DNA of 64,000 bases from NCBI RefSeq assembly GCF_009914755.1, contig NC_060947.1; one strand, written 5' to 3'. Positions 20,909-34,000 of the stretch are shown here, one piece after another. The position numbers and the translations under genes are program-made. Positions within the stretch are counted from its first letter, which is position 1; every line of letters begins with the position of its first letter. The notes below the pieces were generated by a model. That model ran no database searches and was not told where the DNA came from. It saw nothing but the letters and a program-made list of their open reading frames with translations. This DNA is from the human T2T-CHM13v2.0 reference genome, Homo sapiens.

Positions 20909-21903
20909 TCAACTGATTTTTGAGGAAGATGTAAAAACAGTTCAATGGAAGAAGTACAGGCTTTTCAACAAGTGGTGTTGGTGCAATTAGACATTGTAAG
21001 CAAGTAAATAACCTCAACATAAACCTCACACCTTATACAAAATATAATTCAAAATGGATCATGAACTTAAATATAAAACATAAAACAATAAAACTTTTAT
21101 TGGACTTCATCAAAATTAAAAACTTTTGCTCTGTGAAAGATCATGTGAAGAGAATGAAAGACAAGCTATAGACAGGGAGAAAATATTTGGAAACCACATA
21201 TCTGACAAAAGACTGACATCTAGAATATATAAAGAACCTCAAAACTCCATGGTAAAAATCCAGACAATCCATTAGAAAATGGGCAAAATATATGAATAGA
21301 CATTTTGCCAAAGAGCATATAGAGATGACAAATAAGCACATGAAAAGATGTTCCACATCAGTAGACATTAGGGAAATGCAAATTAAAAACACAGTGAGAC
21401 ACCTATCAGAATGGCAAAATGAAAAGTGGTGACAATGTCAAATGCTGGTGAGGGTGTGGAAAAACTGGATTATTCAAGCATTGCTGGTGGCAGTGTAAAC
21501 TGTAAAGTACCACAGTCAGTCTAGAAAAGACTTTGGCAGTTCTTATAAAACTAAACATGAAATTACCATAAACCCAGCAACTGCACTCTTGGCTGTTTCT
21601 CTCAGAAAAATAAATGAAACTTGCGTTCACACAAAAACTTGTACACAAATGGTCATATCAACTTTATCTGTAATAGCTCCAAACTGGAATCAACCAGTTA
21701 TCCTTCAACAGGTGAATGGTTAAACAAACATGTACACCCATACTATGGAATACTACTGAGCAATGAAAAGGAATGAACTATTGATACCTGCAACAGCTTT
21801 TCATTCATTCATTCATTCATTCATTGAATTCATTCAATGAATGAATGAATCTCCAGGGAATTATGCTAGGTGAAAAGAGCCAATCCCAAAAGGTTACATA
21901 CTA

Positions 21904-22257
21904 CAGATGCTACTCGACATACATCCTGATAAATCCATCCTAAGTTGAAAATACGATAATTCAAAAATGCATTTAACACACCTAACCTACTGAACATCAT
22001 AGCTTAGCCTAGCCTACCTTAAATGTGCATAGAATACTTATATTAGCACAGTTGGACAACATAATCTAGCAAGAAGCTTATGTTATAATAAAGCATTGAA
22101 TATTTCATGTAATTTATTAAATACTGAACTGAATGTGAAAAAACGGAATGGTTGTATGGATACTTGAAGTACAGTTTCTACTGCATGTTTATCACTTTTG
22201 CACCATGGAAAAGTTAAATAATTTTAAGTCAAAACATTGTAGGCCAGAGACCATCTG
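21904..22257. mobile_element. MER47A-like TcMar-Tigger MITE
   Basis: TIRs 'cagatgctactcgac' and 'gagaccatctg'. Confidence 0.75.
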
Positions 22258-22598
22258 CACATGATTCCATTTATATAACATTTTTGAAATGATGAAATTT
22301 TAGAAATAGAGACTAGATTAGTTGTTGCCAGGGGTTTTAAGACAAAGGGGTAAGAAGAGAAGATAGTTATGGTTATAAAATCGCAACAATGAGGATCGTT
22401 ATGGTGACAGAACTGTTCTGTATCTTCACTGTGGTGGAGGATATAAAAACTTATACATGTGATAAAATTGTACAAAACTAAATACACAAATAAGTACAAG
22501 TAAAACAGGGAATCTGAAAAAGAACAGTATATAGTATCAACATCAATATTCTTATTTAAATTTAAACTAAAAGGACACTTATGAGACTATTAAGGAAA

Positions 22599-23300
22599 TG
22601 CTATGGTTTGAATGTGTCCCCCAAAGTTCATATGTTAGAAACTTAATCTCCAATGCAAAAGTATTGAGAGGTAGGGCTTTTAAGAGGTGATTAGGTCATG
22701 ACAGCTCTGCCTTCATGAATGGATTAATGTTGTTATTGTGGGAGTGGGTTCCTGATAAAAAGGATGAGTTTGGTCCCCTTCCTCTCTCACACACACATGC
22801 TCTTTTGCCATGCGATGCCTTCTGCCATGTTATGATGCAGCAGAAGTCTCTCAGCAGATGTGGCCCCTTGACCTTGGACCTCTTCTTCTTCTTTTTTTTT
22901 TTTTTTTGAGACAGAGTTCCCCTTTTGGTGCCTGGGCTGGAGTGCAATGGCATGATCTTGGCTCGCTGCAACCTCTGCCTCCTGGGTTCCAGTGATTCTC
23001 TCACCTCAGCCTCCTGAGTAGCTGGGATTATAGGTGCCCACCACCATGCCCAGCTAATTTCTGTATTTTTAGTAGAGATGGGGTTTCGCCATGTCAGCCA
23101 GGCTGATCTTGAACTCCTGACCTCAGGTGATCCACCCGCCTCGGCCTCCCAAAGTGCTGGGATTACAGGCGTGAGCCACCACGCCCAGCCAGACCTTGGA
23201 CTTCTCAGCCTCTAGAACTGTAAGAAGTAAATTTATTTTCTTTATAAATTATCCAGTCTGTGGTTTTCTGTTATAGCAACACAAAGTGGTCTAAGAGAGG
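22599..23300 (+). mobile_element. MaLR LTR (MST/MLT1A-like) with a minus-strand Alu at ~22880-23190
   Basis: 'tgctatggtttgaatgtgtcccc' start; Alu flanked by 'ccttggac(c/t)tct'. Confidence 0.85.
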
Positions 23301-23764
23301 AAATTTATACACAGTGTAGGAACAGATAATATTAAGAAATTATTTTCTTAATACTGTTAATATTTTCAGTGTGATAATGGCATTGTAGTTAAGCAGGGAT
23401 ACATACTAAAGAAAGTAAGGAAGAAATGATATTACTTCAGTGATTTTCTTTAAAATAACCCAGCAGTAGTAGATAAAACAAGATTGGTCGTATGCCCATA
23501 ACTATTGATAACTGTTGTATATTGATGATGGATACAAGGGGGTTCATTATACTATTTTTGTGTTTCTGAGTAGCTTGAATATTATAAATTACACATGGAT
23601 AAGTTCTGTAATATGAAAAAAATAGACAGTTTTTAAGAAAAAAGGAGGAAATGAACACAGAATGAGCTCCCATACGGTCTAAAATTGTACTAAAAATTAT
23701 ATATGTAACTAATTCCCCTTATAATTTTGATCTATCTGTGGCTCAAGCAGTGTCAAAAGACTGC

Positions 23765-24124
23765 TGTTATAGACTGAAAGTTTGTTCCCCCAAAATTCAT
23801 ATGTTGAAATCTTAACCCCCAATGTGATGGTATTAGAAGGTGGGTCCTTTTGGAGGTAATTATGTCATAAGGTCAGAGCCTTTATAAATGGGATTACTGC
23901 CCATATAAGAAAAGACACGAGAGAGAAGATCTCTTTCTCTCTCTCAGCCATGTGAGGATACAACAAGATGACCATCTGCAAACCAGGAAGAGGGCCCTCA
24001 CCAGCCAAAGATTTGCCAGCACCTTGATCTTGAACTTCCTAGCCTCCAGAACTGTGATAAATAAATGTTTGTTATTTAAGCCATCAGTCTATGGCATTTT
24101 GTTATGGCAGCCTGAACTAAGACA
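23765..24124 (+). mobile_element. MLT1A-type LTR
   Basis: 'tgttatagactgaa..ccccaaaattcatatgttgaaat' through 'aactaagaca'. Confidence 0.8.
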
Positions 24125-24509
24125 GCTGCCCAAGAAAACTATTACATGTCACTGAAATGCATTCAGTCCCTCCACTGAACATATAATTTAACTTTTTCTC
24201 TTTGTGTGAAATCAGGCCATCAGAAAGGTGTGTCCTCAAATACTCTTGGTTGCTTGTTATAATACATTTGCTGAGATTTGCTTTGACCCTAGGCCTTTTG
24301 CTGCCTCTGAAGAATGCTCTAGAACAGAGGTAGGCAGCCACCCTCATTTGTTTACACACAGTCTATGGCTGCTCTCATGCTACAACAGCCGAACTGAGTA
24401 GTTGCTACAGAGACCATATGACACACAAAGCCTAAAATATTTATTATCTGGCCCTGCAGACAAAGCTTGCCAAGTCCTGCTCTAGAAGATAGCAGAAGCA
24501 AACACAATA

Positions 24510-25111
24510 CAGTAGTCTCCCCTTATCCATGGTTTCATTTTCTGTGGTTTCAGTTACCCATGGCCAATCACTGTCCAAAAATATTAAATAGAACATTCCA
24601 AAAATAAACAATTCATGAGTTTTAAATTTTGCACTGTTCTGAGTACGTTGATGAAATCTTATACCATCCCACTCCATCCTGACTGGGACATGAATCATCC
24701 CTGTGTCCAGTGCATCCATGCTGTATACCCTATCTGCCTGTTAGTCACTTAGTAGCCATGTCAGTTATCAAATCAACTCCCGTGGAATCACAGTGCTTGT
24801 TTTCAAGTCACCCTTATTTTACTTTATAATGGCCCTGAAGTGCAAAAGTAGTGATGGTGTCAATTTGGATATGCCAAAGAGAAGCCATAAAGTACTTCTT
24901 GTAAGTGAAAAAGTGAAAGTTCTTGACTTAATAAAAGAAAAAACTTGTATGCTGAGGTTGTTAAGATCTACAGTAAGAATGAATTTTCCATGAAATTGTG
25001 AAGAAGGAAAAGGACATTCATGCACAGGATATGTAGGAATCAGTACTATCCATGGTTTCAAGCATTTACTGGGGGCCTTGGAACATATCCCCAGAGGATA
25101 AGGGGGGACTG
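24510..25111. mobile_element. MER44/Tigger7-like DNA transposon (MER58-like fragment just upstream, ~24320-24480)
   Basis: TIRs 'cagtagtctccccttatcc' and 'ggataaggggggactg'. Confidence 0.8.
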
Positions 25112-25164
25112 CCATACTACTACTATACACGTGATGGAGTTGCTATAAATAACAGTGTTATTTA

Positions 25165-25888
25165 TACCCTGGGGGATACATGACTTGCTGTCCTGGAGAA
25201 TTGAAGGACATCTTGTTTCTAGGCATGACTGGAACAGAGCCCCAGTGTTCCAGCCAGTCCCTGCCTATTTCAAGATGTTGCCTTCCCAGAATGTTCTACA
25301 GTTATCTTGAGAACTGCAAGTGAGAAAAGAGGGAGAACCGGGTCAGTCTAAGGCCACCCAGAGTTATTATATTGCTATAAATAACAACATTATATATTAG
25401 TCAATATATAGTCATATATTGAACATATAGTCAGCCTAATAATAGGGTTCTGTGACTAGTTGTTATAGCATAATTATGAACAGAACCCCCATGTATCAAT
25501 TTATATGAAGATTTATCAAAAATCTTTTGAAAACTCCATCCAGAGAGTCTTTACTATAGAGGAATTGTCACATTGTCCTTGTGACAATTAAATGTAAATT
25601 ATATAATTGCTTATATTTCTTTCATTCTATATCTGCCACAAAGAACACAACTTTATAGTTTAATTTTAATAACTATTGCAGGACACTTCTCTGGGTGGTC
25701 TTGGACTGACCCGGTTCTCCCTCTTTTCTCACTTGCAGTTCTCAAGATAACTGTAGAACATTCTGGGAAGGCAACATCTTGAAATAGGCAGGGACTGGCT
25801 GGAACAGCTGGGGCTCTGTTCCAGTCATGCCTAGAAACAAGATGTCCTTCAGTTCTCCAGGACAGCAAGTCATGTATCCCCCAGGGTA
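25165..25888. repeat. Inverted repeat with ~200-bp arms (25165-25363 / 25689-25888)
   Basis: Arms are reverse complements with 3 substitutions and one 1-bp indel. Confidence 0.92.
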
Positions 25889-26145
25889 CAAAACCCAGGG
25901 TGAGTTGCTTTCTGGGGTCCCTCAGCTGTGGGGCAAGTGAGGCATACACAGACAAGACTCCTTCCTTCTCTGGCAGCTTTCCTGAGCCTCAGGGGACCCG
26001 CTCATAATGATTCCTAGGCTTCCATTGTCCCTTGCTGCCTGTCTGTAAGTAATAAACCTGATTCATGTAACTTGTGTGTGTGTGGATGTTCTGTCCCACT
26101 GGACTCAGAGAAGTTGGTAATCAGTGCACAGTGAACCTGTTTCGT
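25677..26145 (+). mobile_element. ERVL-type solo LTR (MER73/LTR47-like)
   Basis: tgcagg start, aataaa at 26051, 'gtgcacagtgaacctg' terminus. Confidence 0.55.
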
Positions 26146-29100
26146 ATCTATGTTACTAAAATTCATTCAACACTGCATGAATATTTACAGTCCACTGATG
26201 CTCTGTTGTTGACTGTGTCAACATTGTCTGTGTTTTCCCTGATCATATTATAGATTCACATGTATTCATGTTACTATTCTGATTATTATAAACCTCCTAA
26301 ATCCAATGGTAAATGGAAGCAATAACTAAACAAAGAAACAAATGATGACTTAGCAGAGACCAGGTCTTTTCTGGTTCTTTTGTAGAGAAGAAAAGGGATC
26401 TATGAAGTCAGAGTTGGGGAAGTGAGGATGTACAAGTGAGGGGATACCTTGCAGAGTCTAGAATCAGCAGGGAGCTGCCTCCCTTCTCCTCTAGGCCATG
26501 GGGCTGAACCCTCCACATCCCCCCTCTCCTCCATCAACTACATTATATAGTCCACTGAAACACGCAGGTCTCTGGATAAGCTGCTGAAAGGGGACATAGA
26601 CATTGGAAGTCAGAATGGAACTGATCTATTTGGATTTGGAAATACTCATGAGTACCCAGACTTACAGATGATATTGTCTGGAGCATTATGGTGCAACATC
26701 CATAAGGTCTCTGGGAAAGCCTGCCTTATATTCCCACACAGAGGGTACAACAGCAGTAAACTCCACAACAGAGGGATATGCCTATCCCTGCGGTCCAGGT
26801 TAATGTTATAAGCAACTTTTGCCATTAGAATTGTCCTGACCTGAATCAGGATGCTAAGCATTAGTCTAGAGACAATGTGTGGCCAGACATAGCTTTGATT
26901 TGTTGGTGCATGTCTTGTGGGGCTATCTGAGGCATTTCCTGAATTCTTAATTATAAAGCAGTTTCCCCACTGCCAATCACAACCAGATATGATGATAGGT
27001 TGGCTAAGTATATATATTTAACAGGCTACAGAGAGAGCTATGAATACTCATGAAAGTAGTGATAAGCCCTGTCCAGTTCTTGAGACTGGATCAGCTTAAA
27101 TAGCTGTGTCTCATCCAGGAGGCGGCATTACAGATGGGCTAGGCCTCTGCCTCTGATGGAGACAAACAAATTTTTAATAAGAGGCATTTCTATGGAAACA
27201 GAAGAAAAACAAAGATTAATGTTGGGCACAATTTATTCAGATGTTAGACTCCAGGATCTTAATTATAGAGGAGGAAGGAAGAGGCAATCTGACACTTTTT
27301 TCTCACCTATGTTACAAGGAATAAGCTGCAGCTTGCAGGGCTTCAGGAAAAAGGTACTAGCAATTTCATTGAATCCAAGTCAGAAAAGTAAAAGAAAAAA
27401 TTGGAAAACATTAGTTTGGGGACTCATAGCCCGGAAATAATTTAGGATTCACTCCAAATTGTAGAAAATAATAAAAACTCAACAACAGTGAACAAAACTA
27501 GAATCTAACAATAAGTGTACTACATTTTTTTCCAAAACATACTTTTTCTCTCTCCAGTCCCTGTTTTTACTAAAGACAAATCACAGTAGGACAAATGTAT
27601 TTGCAAAATAAATTTTAGTCTTACTATTCTTGGCCTAAGTGTTTGCATAAAGTCAGCAGGAATAATTATTTGTCATATAGGCTCTTTTGAAAATTGGCTT
27701 TGCTGGAACTTTATTCCATAAGGAATCTTGGATTAGACTTTCAAAGCCTTGAGCCCAGCCATGGATTCATCTGTGCCTGCAATACTTGTATGATTTGGGT
27801 GAATTCCTCACTTCAGGTCCCAAGATAACTTGGAGCTCCTAGGCCTGTCAGAGAATGACATTCTTTACTTACCACAGGTCAAAAACCCTATACAGGGACT
27901 GCATAGACAATGCATGAGGCCAGTTTTTCCAAGGGGCTTTTATGGGCTTTATAAGTCAACTTTGATTCCTTAAAGCAGTATGAAAGTGTGCCATTCCAAC
28001 CAAAGCCTTGGTAAAGTAACCAGTATCTCCAGTTGTGTCTTGTTAGATAAGAAAACAGATTCTTATTGAACTTATGCAAATAACTTAAGTATACTAACAA
28101 ATGGTTTTAAAATTCTGGAGAAAGCAAGTAGAGGGAAAGAAATGTGTTTCAAGTTTTGCTCACAGGAGTGTACTTTATGCAATTGTTAAAAGCTGCAAAT
28201 AGCTCAAAAGAAAAAGTTTTTCTGGATTCTGAAAAACAAGAGTTAGCAATGTTTTAAACAAAATGCCATAAAAAGATTTTGGTCTTCTGTTGGTTCAGTC
28301 TATGTAATTAAGTCCTGTTCCACTCAATATTCATGAACACATTAGCTCTCTATGGGAGTCTTGGAAGTTTTGCCTCTATTCTGATGCCACAATCTCTGAA
28401 GTTATCAGAAACCTGCATTCAAGAGCAGCTCTCAGAGTCCTATAGCTGATTACAAAATCGTTTGAAAATAATCAAAGTAAAACAATTGTGGATGACAAAA
28501 GTCTTAGAATAACCATGATTAAAGTCTGAACATCTCTGTGGCATGCAGCAATTTAATATAACAATTATAATTATTACTTATATACTGAGACATAACAGAA
28601 TTGCAAGAATCATATACAATTTTGGAACACACACCAATAACACATTTATACAAATACAACCCAAAGAGATCTGAAAACCATTTTGTACTTGACAATACTT
28701 CCTGTATGATTTTAATATACAGAACAAGCTGAATATGTCCCTATTGGACTTTAGGGGACCCAATATCTAAAAGTGTTAACCAGATCAAAAAAGGGGGCTT
28801 AATTTAAAATCTGACTGTGGAAAGTTTGTCAAATATCAAAGGTTTAAACACTTAGTATTATAAAATAAAATTCTAGGTCACCATTAATAAAAGGGAAAAA
28901 TCTGTACTCATTAATAGAGGGGAAACAGCTTTCCAAACAGGACCCAATAAAGATGCATGAGGCCAGTTGAATCTGTCTCCTCTCCTCTCGCTTTTTTCTG
29001 TCATTTATTCCAAAGGTAAACAAAAATATTTCACTATCTTTTAATATTACATGCAAATCTTGTTCAAAAGAGAAAGCTAAATTTCACCTTTGTTTGCATT

Positions 29101-31046
29101 AGTGTACTATTAATGTTAAACCCAATTCTTAATAAAACCTTATAAACAAAATCTATCCAATCTTAATTAGTTTGACTATAAGGTAAAATTTCCAGAAACC
29201 TTTTATAATCCTTTACAGCTTTCTATTAAACAGCAGATCAATTCTCTAAGAAAACCCTGTTACTCAGACACAGGGGCCCAGATTCCGGCCCTGCATCAGT
29301 GTGCTTTCATTTCAATGTTCAACCCACAAAAAAACTAAATCATCCCTTTCAAATCTTAGGCAACTTGCTTATACCCACTGAACTTCGTTTATAAGATCCA
29401 CCCTTCACAAATTCTTCACAACTTGCTTAAACTTTCAGTTTTGTCCCATTACTCCTCTATGTTAGGACAATCTTAACCTCTGAACAAGACAAAATTACAT
29501 TCCCTTTAACAAAAACCATGTTTTCATGCCTTCTTATAATCTTTTACCAAAAACACATTCTACTTTCCTTACACACCTTGCATGTAAAACTATTTTTCCA
29601 GTAGTCGCAAGTACATATTACAATGTTAACTCTTAGCAACTTTTATTGTTGGTGAAAACCTGGCGAGTAAGCAATTTTAACCATGTATAAGATTGCAGAA
29701 CACATGACTTCCCAGCCTAGCCAGGGGGCCTGGCTAACTTCATATGTCCCCAGGCCTTACCTAGGATCTAATTGCTGTAAAACAGGCAAGTCAAGCAATT
29801 ACTAAAAGTCGTAGAAGCAGTTTATGACCTTAAAACATCTAGCAAACAGTATCCGATCCCCCCAATTTAGACCAAATATCTAAATTTTGAAGATATTTTT
29901 ATTTTACTTTACCAATAATCTTTAAGCTGTCTTTATTTTTCAAAGATTGTTAGAGACATTGTGACTTAAAAGGCATTAAAGTCTATTTTTCTGACAAAAT
30001 ATTTTATTTAAGTGCTTATCATTCTTAAGCCAATAAATTAGACCACTATCATATATTCTGGTAGCGAAACATCACACACATCATATATAAATACACAGAT
30101 ATGGAGATGATTTGGTAGGGTGACAAAAGATTAGATGCAAGAGGAAGGAGGAACAGACAGGAGCAGGTGCAGAATTAGACAGATATCCATCAACTGAGGA
30201 GGTTTTAGAGGCAGAGCAGGGGCTTTAAAACAATATCCATGCACATATAGTGCAAATATCAGCCTTAATTAAGTTGATTTCGAACTACAGAGCTCTCCAA
30301 AGGAGAATCATTTTAAAATATTTTATTACTAGATTTTAGTCAAGAGAAATGGCCAATATTTCTGGCTTTTGAATTCTTTTACCTCCTACATGAAATCAAT
30401 AAGCCTTAACTAATGGTATGACTTTACCACAGGTGCATGAAGTATCTTCAATGAGACAGCAAGCGGTTTTTACAAGATCTAGAATTGCTCCAAAGGTAGC
30501 TCAGAGAAAAGAAAATTTCAAGACAGGAAATCAGAAGCTGTCCATGGAAGGGAAAAGAACCAATAAATGGCAAAAAGTCACACACATAGCGAATGGGAAA
30601 GGACTAATTACCTAAGCTGGGAATTGAACCCAGGCTGCCAGTGTGAAAGGCCAGAATCTTAGCTCCTGAACTATTGCACAAGGTGACGACTACTGCTTCT
30701 TCCCAGGAGTCTAGAGCAGTCATTTTTGAGCTTGCAAATGATTTTAACTATTCAAGAAAATTTAGACTAGATATAACACAATCATGTGTCCTTTTTAGTC
30801 TCAAGAGTCAAAGCCCTGTAACTTAACGGCGCAAGGACTTTAAAGACAATACAGAAACTTACATGGATACAATAACCTTTTTAAGTCCATAATTTGAATT
30901 AGCTTTTAAATAACTTTTGAATTAGACAAAATTTTTTTTTGTCAATAAGAACATATTTTCCTTGTCACATTTTCTATAAAACTAGGAAGCAAGAAATTCT
31001 TTTTTTGAAAAAGTGAAAGCAATTTTATTAAGAAAGTAAAGGAATA

Positions 31047-34000
31047 GCCGGCTGTGTGGCAGCCCGCGAGGCGGTCCGCGGGAGCACACTCTGTGCAGAG
31101 ACTGGGCGGCCAGCCTGCCCTTGCTGTCGCTGACGGTGACTGCGGGAGGCCAGGTTGTTTTTCATCATTCAGAACATTGCCTGAAGCAGGTCCACCGTGC
31201 CGTTAGTAACGAGGAACATCGAGCCAAGGCACCTGTGCCGTCAGACGTTGCCTAGCGTTAGAAGCGAGCTGGAATGCGTGACCAACATCACCCTGGCAAA
31301 TGTCATCCGACAGCTGGGCAGCCTGAGTAAATATGCAGAGGACATTTTTGGAGAGCTCTTTACTCAGGCAAATACCTTTGCCTCTCCGGTAAGCTCCCTT
31401 GCTGAGAGGGTCGATGGACTACAAGTTAAAGTCACTCAGCTGGATCCCAAGGAAGAAGAAGTGTCACTGCAAGGAATCAACACCCGAAAAGCCTTCAGAA
31501 GCTCCACCATTCAAGACCAGAAGCTTTTTGACAGAAACTCTCTCCCAGTGCCTGTCTTAGAAACATACAATACCTGTGATACTCCTCCCCCTCTCAACAA
31601 TCTTACCCCTTACAGGGACGATGGAACAGAGGCACTCAAATTCTACACAGACCCTTCATACTTCTTTGATCTTTGGAAGAAGAAGATGCTGCAGGACACC
31701 AAGGATATCATGAAAGAGAAGAGAAAGCACAGGAAAGAAAAGAAAGATAATCCAAATCGAGGGAATGTAAACCCACGTAAAATCAAGACACGTAAGGAAG
31801 AGTGGGAGAAAATTAAGATGGGGCAAGAATTTGTGGAGTCCAAAGAAAAGCTGGGGCCTTTTGGGTATCCACCCACCTTGGTGTACCAGAATGGCAGCAT
31901 TGGCTGTGTTGAAAACGTGGATGCAAGTAGCTATCCACCACCATCACAGTCAGACTCTGCTTCTTCACCTTCTCCTTCCTTCTCCGAGGACAACTTGCCT
32001 CCTCCACCAGCAGAATTCAGTTACCCAGTGGACAACCAAAGAGGATCTGGTTTGGCTGGACCCAAAAGATCCAGTGTGGTCAGCCCAAGCCATCCACCAC
32101 CAGCTCCTCCTCTAGGCTCTCCACCAAGCTCTAAACCCGGGTTTGCTCCACCACCTGCCCCTCCACCACCCCCGCCTCCAATGATAGGCATCCCACCTCC
32201 ACCACCGCCTATAGGATTTGGGTCTCCAGGGACGCCTCCACCACCCTCAAGCCCATCTTTCCCACCTCACCCTGATTTTGCTGCCCCTCCACCTCTTCCT
32301 CCACCACCGGCAGCTGACTACCCAACTCTCCCACCACCTCCCTTGTCCCAGCCAACAAGAGGAGCACCTCCTCCTCCCCCTCCTCCTCCTCCGGGGCCCC
32401 CTCCTCCCCCTTTCACTGGTGCAGATGGCCAGCCTGCTGTACCACCACCGCTTTCTGACACCACCAAGCCCAAGTCCTCCTTGCCTGCCATAAGCGATGC
32501 CCATAGCGACCTGCTTTCAGCCATCTGTCAAGGTTTTCAGCTGCGCAGGGTTGAGGAGCAGCAGGAACAAGAGAAGTGGGATGTCGTGGGCAATGACGTG
32601 GCCACCATCTTGTCTCGTCGCATTGCTGTTGAGTACAGTGACTCAGAAGATGACTCCTCTGAATTTGATGGGGACGACTGGTCTAATTAACTCTTTCTGC
32701 CTGATGCCCACCTTCTTTTTCTTTCCTTCCTACTTGCCTTCTTTGATGCCAACCCCAACAGACCCATAGGGGAGAAAAGGGAGGAAAAACCTAATTTTAA
32801 GGGGCCGAAGCTTTCCCTGAAGCAACCAAAGCTATATCCAAGTGCTTCCTCCAAGTCACATGTATTTCCTCTTCCCATTGTCAGGCCCTGTGGGGCTCCT
32901 GAGATTCAGTAGCTGGGATGTTCCCTCTTTCCTTCAAGTGCCTGTTGCATGTTTAAAGGAAGGAGAAATCCCAAAGCAGATTCCTTTGATTGGGTTTCCG
33001 TTGGAGATGGGGCCTTCCCTTAGGAGCCATATTCAACTACAGTCTTCTAAAACCTGTGCCCTCAGCCACTTCGAATAATGCCAGCCACCTTCTGGTTCTA
33101 AAGCAGAGGGAGTGGCCTGAATGGACACAGCTGGCCCCTTTCCCGTACACTGAAAGGGCAGAGCAGGCCGAAGGCTCCAACGGCCAAACTGCCTCACCCT
33201 CTGCCCTAATCAGCAGGGTGGGCCTGCCTTTTGCTAAGCGATCTCTATGCCTGGGATTCCCTTTATTCCAGGAGACATTAAGCCTCTAAAGAATGTCTCA
33301 CCTCCTCTGCCCAAAAATGATGCTCTTCTGTAGGCTGGTGTTGTTGCTTCCCTCCCAGGATCCCTTTGGTGAGTGTGGTGTTCAGGATGCACCAGCACCA
33401 CCTCTACATGCTTTCAGGCAACACGGCCCAGTTTTAACCTCTAGTATCCATGACCAAACTATCCCTGACACATAAGGACAGGGGCCTCTTCTGGCTGTCA
33501 GGAGCAAAGCCTGAAGACTTGGAGCTGCAGGACTGGAAGAACAGTGGAGCCCCGTGGGTCCCACCCTTTAAGGATGCTGAGGCCTAGAGATGGGAAGTGA
33601 CTTGCTCAAGGTCACACAATTGGATAGTGACATAGCTAGAGCCCAGAGTTCCTGATTCCAAGTCACCTGTGCTTTCTGGGACCAAAGAATGGGCACCTGC
33701 TGGAGTCTTGGCAGAGCTTTCTTGGCTGTATTGCTACTCCAGACCTCACCATAGGTTGGGGTCCCAGTAGGAGGGCTCAGGGTCTGTGCCAGCCCTGTCA
33801 GTGCTGCTCAGATCTTCATAGCCTCTCTTGTCATTCTTTGTTGCCCCTTTTCTGTCACCAACCAACCACATAGCCTTGGGACCAGCCCCTCTGGGGGACC
33901 AGAAGTAGTGAGAGAAGGAAGGGGATAGGCAGCTTTGACAGGTGCTGTTTTCAATTCCTCTGCAACTCCTCCCCCTTTTATTTCCCCAATTTAAACAAAG

